Below are positions 8,707-15,327 of a stretch of 24,854 nt of DNA, piece by piece. Source of the DNA: a bacterium. Its GTDB lineage: Bacteria; Zhuqueibacterota; Zhuqueibacteria; Oceanimicrobiales; Oceanimicrobiaceae. Where the stretch lies: positions 1 to 24,854 of the forward strand of contig JBHHXT010000057.1 of assembly GCA_046757165.1 (NCBI GenBank), given 5' to 3'. Position 1 is the stretch's first letter, and each line of letters starts with the position of its first letter. Below the pieces are notes generated by a model. That model had not been told where the DNA came from. It did not search any database and worked only from the letters and a program-made list of their open reading frames with translations. A program made the translations under genes and the position numbers.

Positions 8707-11430
8707 CTAAAGCTGAGATGCTGAGGAGGCGCCGGACGTCACCCCTTTCCCGGCCGGCAAGGTCGGGCAGGTGCGTTGGTATCGAATATCCTCCCCGATG
8801 TACTGGACCCATTCTGCCAGACTCAAATTGCGCGTGCAGACGGCGCATACTTTGTTTGCCAGAAGCTCAACGTCGATTGTCCAGAAGCGAACGGTTTTAT
8901 CCTTGCTGCCTGAGGCGAGGTGCGTGCCATCGGGACTGAATGCCACGGACCACACCCAGTTTTGGTGGTCGGCAAGAACGATGGGGTCGGCGGTGAGATT
9001 GGAGAGATCCCACAGCCTGACGCTGTGGTCCGAGCTGCTGGAGGCGAGTTTCTGACCGTCCCGGCTGAAGGCCAGAGAGTTGACCGGACCGACATGCCCC
9101 AGAAGTGTTTGCTTGTTCTCGGGCGCCTCATCTTCGCCAACATGCCAGAGCAAGATCTTGCCATTGACGCCGCCGGTAGCCAGGATACTGCCAGCAGGAT
9201 CAAACGCCAACGCGCGCACGCCCCCTTCGTGCTGGAGCTTATGCCCGAGTGAGGGGGGAGCAGACGCTAACGCGGCCGGAGCAAATTGACTGCCGGCCAG
9301 GAGCAGGATGGAGCCGTCATCACAAGCCGCCGCAATGCGGCCGTTGCCAGCCACCGTAACGGACCGTATTCTTGCAGTCAGGGCCACCCTGTGGACCACC
9401 GGATTGTCGGTGGCGTCCACCTGCAGAACCACGAGCCAGCCGTCGGCGCCGCCCAGAATGAGCCGCTGTCCGGTTTCGTTGAACGCCAGGGACCAGATTC
9501 TATCCGAGTGCTGGTACAAGATCTTGGGCTGAGGCCGCTGTTCCTGTAAGCGCCACAGACGAACCGTGCTGTCATTGCTGGCTGAGGCCAGCAGCGATTC
9601 ATCCGGACTGAAAGCGACCGCGCGCACGCCAGCCGAATGGCCGGTGAAAATTCCGGGCGAGCCCGTGCCCGAGCCAATATTCCAGAGCCGGATGGTACCA
9701 TCATCGCTTGCCGAGGCAACCGTTCCAGTCACTGGACCGAACGCGACCGAGCGAATGCCATCCGAGTGCGCCCGCCAGACCTGAGGCCCGCCGGCATTGA
9801 ATTCCGGCGAGTTCAGGGCAGTTCGCAACGCGTCGTAGATTTCGTTTTGCAACTGTCCCTGACTCCAGATGTAGGCCTGGCGTGCCAGGAGGAGGCCTAA
9901 TTCGTGCGCGCCGAGCTGTTGCTGCTGACGCGCTTGTATCGTCAAGAGGCGCGCTTTGTCGATGCGTCGCAATCGTTCCGCCACGCTCAGATTGGCGAAC
10001 GCGACGACTTTCAGACTGTCGGCACGTTCCCGTTCGAGGCGCTGTTTCCTCGCTGACAATTCTGCCAGAAGTCTCTGTTTGTTGGCGATTTCACTCTGTT
10101 CCAGAACCTGCTGCAGCGCATCCTGTTCTCGCTTCAAAGCTTCCTCGGCCTGGATTCTAAGCGAGTCCGCCGCCTTCTGCGCCAATCTGGTTTGTTCCAG
10201 CGCACGGTCCGCGTTTTCTCTGGCATCCTGCTCCTTTTGCGCCAAATTGAAGGCCGCAATCGCCAGCGAAATCGAGGTCACCAGCAAGACCAGAATAAAC
10301 GCACTCGCCACCTTGACACTGGTTGGCACGGTGGCCAACCAGCTGGTCGGCCAGTGGTCTTTCAGCCAGCGGCGGTCGAAGACGTGGTGGTAGATGGCGT
10401 TGCGCACGTGCAGCCGGCCGTCATCGTCCCGGCGGACGATGCCGGAGAGTTTGAGATGGCTCTTGACCGCGGTTTGCTCCTCGTCTGGTACCGGCCGCCT
10501 GCCCAGTCGAATGTCGCGGTAGGTGGTCAGCACTGCGAGCTGCCCCGGGTCGCGTTTGGAGAGCAGCATGTCGCGCACGAACAGCAGGTTGTTGTCCTGT
10601 TCGCTCATCTTGCCAAAGAAGGTGCGGGCGACGGCCTGGTCGACCTCGGCTTCGGTCCATTCATTTTTAAACTGTTCGGCGATGGTTCGGCAGAGCCGCT
10701 GGGTCAGGTAGGGATGACCGCCACTCCACTTCATCACCCAGTGCAGGACCTGCCGGGCGTGTTCGGGTGGCAGCTTCAACCCCTCCGACAGTGGCAGCGC
10801 CTCTTCCTCTGTAAAGTCGGTCAGCTCAACACGCTGCCCGATGTTGAACGGGGTGCGGCGCCGGTCCTGAATCAGGTCCCCCGGCGCTGCGACACCGATC
10901 AGGACAAAGGAGAGACGCTTGAATTCCGGGGATTCAGCGCGTGCGTTATGGAGGTAGCGGATGGCGGCAAAGAAATCGTCTGTGAAACTCAGATTGAGCG
11001 TGGTGTCGATCTCATCCACAAAAATCACAATACGGCCAGGAACATCTTTCAACAATACATCCTGGAAGAATTGCGTGAGCTGGTGTGTTGCGCCCAGGTC
11101 CGAGTGGGCGCGCCACCAGCTGACCACGTCTGCTTTTGGAATCAGCTTCTTCTGGATTTCATAGAGCAGGCCCAGGTACCAGCTTTCGGCGCTCAGTTGG
11201 ATGCCGATTTTGGTGAGGTCGATGATGACGGAATGAATGCCTTCTTTGGCGAGCGCTTTCGAGGTGCGGTGCATCAGGCTGGATTTACCGACCTGACGCG
11301 AGGACAGGATGTGGGCGAAGGCGCCGTCGCGGCAGAGCTCGAGCAGCTCCGCATCCGCCTGGCGTGTCACGTACAGAGCATCTGCTTCCAGGATCGTGCC
11401 GCCGACGGTGTACAGGCTGTGCTTACGCAT
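8707..11430 (-). CDS. AAA_35-type (STAND-like) P-loop NTPase - TM helix - coiled coil - 7x WD40 protein
   Basis: 'LYVTRQAD', Walker A SSRQVGKSS, Walker B IVIFVDEID, TPFNIG, GGHPYLTQRLC, RNAIY. TM VASAFILVLLVTSISLAIAAF, a Q/E/A/R-rich coiled coil, seven GH...VAFSPDG...W(D/N) repeats, and C-terminal 'C..RNLS..EW..Y...TCP'. Confidence 0.9.
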   Translation of the reverse strand: MRKHSLYTVGGTILEADALYVTRQADAELLELCRDGAFAHILSSRQVGKSSLMHRTSKALAKEGIHSVIIDLTKIGIQLSAESWYLGLLYEIQKKLIPKADVVSWWRAHSDLGATHQLTQFFQDVLLKDVPGRIVIFVDEIDTTLNLSFTDDFFAAIRYLHNARAESPEFKRLSFVLIGVAAPGDLIQDRRRTPFNIGQRVELTDFTEEEALPLSEGLKLPPEHARQVLHWVMKWSGGHPYLTQRLCRTIAEQFKNEWTEAEVDQAVARTFFGKMSEQDNNLLFVRDMLLSKRDPGQLAVLTTYRDIRLGRRPVPDEEQTAVKSHLKLSGIVRRDDDGRLHVRNAIYHHVFDRRWLKDHWPTSWLATVPTSVKVASAFILVLLVTSISLAIAAFNLAQKEQDARENADRALEQTRLAQKAADSLRIQAEEALKREQDALQQVLEQSEIANKQRLLAELSARKQRLERERADSLKVVAFANLSVAERLRRIDKARLLTIQARQQQQLGAHELGLLLARQAYIWSQGQLQNEIYDALRTALNSPEFNAGGPQVWRAHSDGIRSVAFGPVTGTVASASDDGTIRLWNIGSGTGSPGIFTGHSAGVRAVAFSPDESLLASASNDSTVRLWRLQEQRPQPKILYQHSDRIWSLAFNETGQRLILGGADGWLVVLQVDATDNPVVHRVALTARIRSVTVAGNGRIAAACDDGSILLLAGSQFAPAALASAPPSLGHKLQHEGGVRALAFDPAGSILATGGVNGKILLWHVGEDEAPENKQTLLGHVGPVNSLAFSRDGQKLASSSSDHSVRLWDLSNLTADPIVLADHQNWVWSVAFSPDGTHLASGSKDKTVRFWTIDVELLANKVCAVCTRNLSLAEWVQYIGEDIRYQRTCPTLPAGKGVTSGASSASQL

Positions 11431-13789
11431 TCAGATGGTCCTTGAAGTAGTCAGCATAGAGCTGGCAGCGTGGCAAGACCGAACGACCCTCCTTGCGCAC
11501 CAACCCCGCGCCCCGCAACCGGAAGTAAACATGGTCATCCTCGCATTCATGCTTGCGAATCACTTGTTTCAATCCGGCGATGAGCTCGTTCTTGCCTTGC
11601 AAGCGCCAGAGATGATGGCGGAGATGGTCGCCGAAAGGACCGCTCTCCTCTGCGGCATGACGAACCAGCTCGGCATACGTCATGCGGCCACTGGCGACGC
11701 AATAGAGCGTGCGGCGCACCAGAAACGGCTGGCCGCCCACAAGGTGCAACAACTGTTTCTCTTGCTTCGCTGAGAGAGGGGAGCGATGACGGCGATTCAG
11801 CTCAGCAACATCCTGGAGAGCAAAATCGGTCAATTCGATCACCTCGCCAACATTGAACGGGGAGAGGTTGAGATTCTCGATGAGCTGATACGGCTCGGTA
11901 GAGGTGACCAGGACCAGATCCAGCTTTCTCCAGCTCGATCCTTCCTGGCGGCTGTTGTGCCAACTGCGCAACATGCCGAAAAAGTCGGTGCGAAAATCGG
12001 TGTCGAAGATGCTTTCCACTTCGTCCATGCCCAAGACCAGGGGCTGTTTTACGCCTTGCAAGAGATGGTCCTCCACAAAGCTGGTGCAGCGCTGGATATT
12101 GCCGAGTGGAATCTGCCAATACTCATCGACTCTGTTCTCCAGTTGCAGTTTGTAAGTGAGCCATGCGCAGAACTGCTGAAAAAATCGGTCCGCCGAGCCC
12201 AATGCTGATTTGTCGAACTGCTGAAAATCGAGAAAGACGGTTCGTTTGCCCAGCGCTTGTGCGGCTTTGATCGTTCGCAGCAAAAGCGAGCTTTTCCCCA
12301 TCTGTCTCGGTGCTTTAATAGTAATAGTGACCCCCTGTCGCTGGATAGTCTCGAGTGCCGCCAAATCTGACGGGCGTTCGATGTAGAAAGCCGAATGGGG
12401 GTCCATGGTCCCTTCCGGAGATTCGAGCTCGGGCAGCGGGGGAAGCAGCGCTTGCGCCTCTCCGGCCCGGATGACATTTGCCTTCTCGTTTGTGCTGATG
12501 GGGAGCTGCTCCCGGCCTTCGATGGCGGCCGTGAGCTCCTGGATCAGCCGCGGGGTCTCCTCTGGCCCATCCCACAACGCCCAGTTGATGGGGTCCAGAT
12601 AGCGCCGGAGGTGGTAGGGGAAGGGTTCCCGAAAAGCCAGCCTGACCGGCAGAATCCGGGGTTTGCCGCCCTTCTGCCTCGCCAGCTCGTGTGCGGTTTG
12701 GATTTCAGCGCGCACCATTTCGCTCTGGATAGAATGCGCCGACAGGAGAATGACGAGATAATCCGTCTGCTGCAGCTCCCTCATGATCCGTTCCACCCAC
12801 CGCGCGCCGACAATCATGTTGCGGTCGATGAACACCTGGTGATGCTGTCTCAGGGCCTCATAAATCTGCATGGCTACCGACTGGTCCGGCTCGACATTGC
12901 GCTTGTAACTCAGGAAAATGCGCCGTCGTGTGATCGGGCTCAGGCCTGGCGCCGACGCTGAGACCATGGGGACCAGATTCTCCAGCTCCGCCAGCAGGGC
13001 ACCCGCCGTATGATATCGCTCGGCCCTGTCCTTACTGAGGGATTTTTCGATGACGCGCACCAGGCTATCCGGGAGATCCGTCCGCAGGTGCGTGAGCTTC
13101 TCCGCCTGCTCATGCCGGATGGCATACAAGACGGCCAACAGATTATCGCCCTTGAAAGGACGCTGTCCGGTGAGCATTTCGTACATCAAGACGCCAAGCG
13201 ACCAGATGTCTGTGCGGCCATCCACTTTCAGACCATGCGCCTGCTCCGGGGACATGTAGTGCACCGTGCCAATGGCCGTATGTTCTTTGGTGATGTCTTT
13301 GGTGATCTCTTGCTGGTGCACAAGCTTAGCCAGGCCAAAGTCCAGTATTTTGACCACGCCATCCCTTGTGATCATGATGTTGGCGGGTTTAATGTCACGG
13401 TGGACTATCTTCTTGCTGTGCGCGATTGCCAGACCACGCGCGGCCTGGGCAGCAATGTCGACGGCCTCGTTCACGGGCAGTTTGCCGCGCGCTACTTTTT
13501 TTTGCACCGTCTCGCCGTCATAGTAGGCCATGGCGATAAAGAGGCCGCCAGGCTTGTTTTCATCTATTTCGTAGACCGTGCAAATATTTTGGTGGTCAAG
13601 CCGGGAGACCGCCTGGGCCTCGCGCATGAAACGCGCTTTCGCCTCTTTATCCAGCGTCAGCTCTGGGCGCAGGAACTTGAGCGCAACGGCCCGCCTCAGC
13701 TTGATATCCTCAGCCTTGTAGACGGTCCCCATTCCGCCATGGTCGAGCTCCTGCAAAATCTTGTAGTGTGAAACTGTCTTGCCAAGCAT
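11423..13789 (-). CDS. Hanks-type Ser/Thr kinase - TIR - AAA_35 (STAND-like) fusion protein
   Basis: Kinase motifs GGMGTVY, VALK, HRDIKPAN, DFG, YMSPEQ, DIWSLG. TIR motifs IFLSY, VFID, W..I..L..D.LVILLS..S..S.MVRAE, ILPV. AAA_35 motifs FYIER, APRQMGKSS, LVLGMDEVE, SPFNVG, GGQPFL, RCQLY. The stop codon overlaps the next gene by 8 nt. Confidence 0.92.
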   Translation of the reverse strand: MLGKTVSHYKILQELDHGGMGTVYKAEDIKLRRAVALKFLRPELTLDKEAKARFMREAQAVSRLDHQNICTVYEIDENKPGGLFIAMAYYDGETVQKKVARGKLPVNEAVDIAAQAARGLAIAHSKKIVHRDIKPANIMITRDGVVKILDFGLAKLVHQQEITKDITKEHTAIGTVHYMSPEQAHGLKVDGRTDIWSLGVLMYEMLTGQRPFKGDNLLAVLYAIRHEQAEKLTHLRTDLPDSLVRVIEKSLSKDRAERYHTAGALLAELENLVPMVSASAPGLSPITRRRIFLSYKRNVEPDQSVAMQIYEALRQHHQVFIDRNMIVGARWVERIMRELQQTDYLVILLSAHSIQSEMVRAEIQTAHELARQKGGKPRILPVRLAFREPFPYHLRRYLDPINWALWDGPEETPRLIQELTAAIEGREQLPISTNEKANVIRAGEAQALLPPLPELESPEGTMDPHSAFYIERPSDLAALETIQRQGVTITIKAPRQMGKSSLLLRTIKAAQALGKRTVFLDFQQFDKSALGSADRFFQQFCAWLTYKLQLENRVDEYWQIPLGNIQRCTSFVEDHLLQGVKQPLVLGMDEVESIFDTDFRTDFFGMLRSWHNSRQEGSSWRKLDLVLVTSTEPYQLIENLNLSPFNVGEVIELTDFALQDVAELNRRHRSPLSAKQEKQLLHLVGGQPFLVRRTLYCVASGRMTYAELVRHAAEESGPFGDHLRHHLWRLQGKNELIAGLKQVIRKHECEDDHVYFRLRGAGLVRKEGRSVLPRCQLYADYFKDHLNA

Positions 13790-13826
13790 TTTAGAATCGT
13801 TGCCTTAGTGCTGTTTTTCAGTATTT

Positions 13827-14025
13827 TTCAGGTGTCAGGTGTTTAGACTGTAGGCGGTTAGGCGGTTAGGGTTTTGGCCAATGCGCCAATCAACGCGCCT
13901 AAGACTTTTTGGTGCCGAATAGATGTTCACTGCCAATTTGTCGGCTAACTCAAAAGCTCGAAGTTTCGTATGCTCTCTCAACGATTTTTCCTACAGCCTA
14001 AACGTCTACAGCCTATCTACCTGAA
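13827..14025. mobile_element. ~200-bp cassette bounded by inverted 7/8-mer tandem repeats (TAGGCTG/TAGGCGGT units, both arms starting TTCAGGT) around a four-helix-bundle gene remnant
   Basis: Left arm TTCAGGTGTCAGGTGTTTAGACTGTAGGCGGTTAGGCGGTTAGG (13827-13870). Reverse complement of the right arm (13990-14025) is TTCAGGTAGATAGGCTGTAGACGTTTAGGCTGTAGG. Mobility is inferred. Confidence 0.6.
13858..13981 (-). pseudogene. Internally deleted four-helix-bundle protein gene (23S rRNA-IVP / bAvd-like family)
   Basis: Manual translation from TTG 13981 gives (M)REHTKLRAFELADKLAVNIYSA, resembling the family N-terminus. At ~13910 it joins out of frame to KVLGALIGALAKTLTA* (13908-13858), resembling the final helix. 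About 40 codons remain of an expected ~115-120. Confidence 0.7.
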
Positions 14026-14028
14026 TAG

Positions 14029-14988
14029 TCATCCCTTTGCCCCCTCGCGCGGCTTTCTCCCGCCTTCCCTGATGTTGACCACCTTGCTCAACATATCGAA
14101 CCAGAAAGGAGCGCCAAGAGAAATGGCGAGCGCCGTCAGGAGCCAGCCTGTGATCTTGGTGAAAAGCCAGGCCCAGTCTTTTCCTTTTGAGAGCTGCAAG
14201 TCGCCAAATCTCTTCGACTCATCCTTCCAGCTCATGCCGAGCAGCTTTCCCGTCATCGCAATCTCGCTCTTCACCAGGGAGTCAGCTTGCAGGAATAACG
14301 CCTCGATATCCTCCCGATGCTGCGCCCGGGTGGACTCATCCATCTGATATTTCTCTGCCAGCTCGACGACGGCTTTTCTTGCCCGCGGATTGGTCGAGAG
14401 CGTTTGCACGATGTTGAAGGTATCCGCATTGAAGGTCACACTCAGAACGAGCCCGATAACCAGTGAGATGACCCGCACTTTACTTTTGTACCACTCGGTG
14501 GCGTGACTCATCATATCATCGTACCAGTTCTCCAGGTTCAGCCGCAGGTGCTCCAGGTTGTCGGCGGCGTCTCGTACAAAGCCTTTGAGAAGTCTGTTCG
14601 TGTCGCTGTCCGCCGGAAAGATGTCGTCGATTTTTCCCTCCAACTGGGCGGGAGTGATGTTGTTGGCGTGGCCGTCGACCAGGGTCTCGAGCAAAACTTT
14701 TGAAAACGTCTGGTTTGACAAGAAAGCCGGAGGGGAGGCCAGCCCCAGTTTGTTGAGGACGGGCCGAATGCTCGATTTCTTGATGAGCGGGTGCGCGTAA
14801 AATTTGCTGCAGAAATCAATCTCGTTGCCCGCCTCATCAAACATTATGCTGATCACTTTGCGAAGATTCTTGCCGCGCAGGGCGAGGAAGTTCGCAATCA
14901 GCTCGTTGATCGTGGTGGCAAGCAAGCTCAACAACAAGTAAACGAAGATGAGACCGAGAACAACTTCGAGAACTCCGGAACCGAACAT
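14029..14988 (-). CDS. Uncharacterised integral membrane protein (~3 TM; LEVxxGLxFVYLLLSL ... GWLLTALAISLGAPFWFD)
   Basis: Start moved to MFGSGVLEV (ATG 14988, GGAG upstream), because the ORF-track extension begins inside a REP. Three hydrophobic segments and a soluble helical loop with 'LENWYDDMM...WYK'. Confidence 0.78.
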   Translation of the reverse strand: MFGSGVLEVVLGLIFVYLLLSLLATTINELIANFLALRGKNLRKVISIMFDEAGNEIDFCSKFYAHPLIKKSSIRPVLNKLGLASPPAFLSNQTFSKVLLETLVDGHANNITPAQLEGKIDDIFPADSDTNRLLKGFVRDAADNLEHLRLNLENWYDDMMSHATEWYKSKVRVISLVIGLVLSVTFNADTFNIVQTLSTNPRARKAVVELAEKYQMDESTRAQHREDIEALFLQADSLVKSEIAMTGKLLGMSWKDESKRFGDLQLSKGKDWAWLFTKITGWLLTALAISLGAPFWFDMLSKVVNIREGGRKPREGAKG

Positions 14989-15127
14989 GAGTCTTTCTCC
15001 AGGGTTTGACGATGGGTGATGACTCTGACTAATAATTAACATTTTGCAAAAAGTCAAGAGAAAACATTCGGTCGGAAAACGGCAAACGTGTCCGGGGCTG
15101 TCCAGGTGGAGAACCACCACCGATGAT

Positions 15128-15219
15128 GTAGCCATGCCCCCTTGTGGGGCAGATATCGAATATCAATAAGAATCACCATGCGGGGAGATAACAAGCCACC
15201 CACAAGGAGTGGCGGCTAC
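15128..15219. repeat. GTAG-type REP doublet (REPIN-like), two inverted REPs
   Basis: GTAGCC-A-TGCCCC-CTTGT-GGGGCA at 15128-15151 on +. GTAGCC-GCCACTC-CTTGT-GGGTGGC at 15219-15195 on -. The two are separated by a ~43-nt spacer. Confidence 0.75.
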
Positions 15220-15327
15220 CAGTGGCGAAGTAACCCCCATTGGGGAGTGCGGTGACAGCACAGCCTCCGACCGTGTTTTTGGGGTTGTGGTAGAGAGGGA
15301 GCGTTACCTGCGGTTTGGCGGCGCGGG

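Noticed and set aside
10192..11445. 417-aa + strand ORF (likewise 13010-13771, 15811-16527, 18934-20214, 21808-22902, 22727-23713, 23815-24576)
   Set aside because: Antisense shadows of well-supported genes in GC-rich DNA, with no recognisable motifs.
13858..13981. Diversity-generating retroelement (because of the Avd-like remnant) or a programmed frameshift
   Set aside because: No reverse transcriptase or TR/VR pair is visible. The joined product would be only ~40 aa and lack the central helices, so deletion is the simpler reading.
15029..15057. Sigma70 promoter TTGACT-17-TATTAG for the membrane-protein gene
   Set aside because: The -10 lacks the conserved final T; too weak to call.
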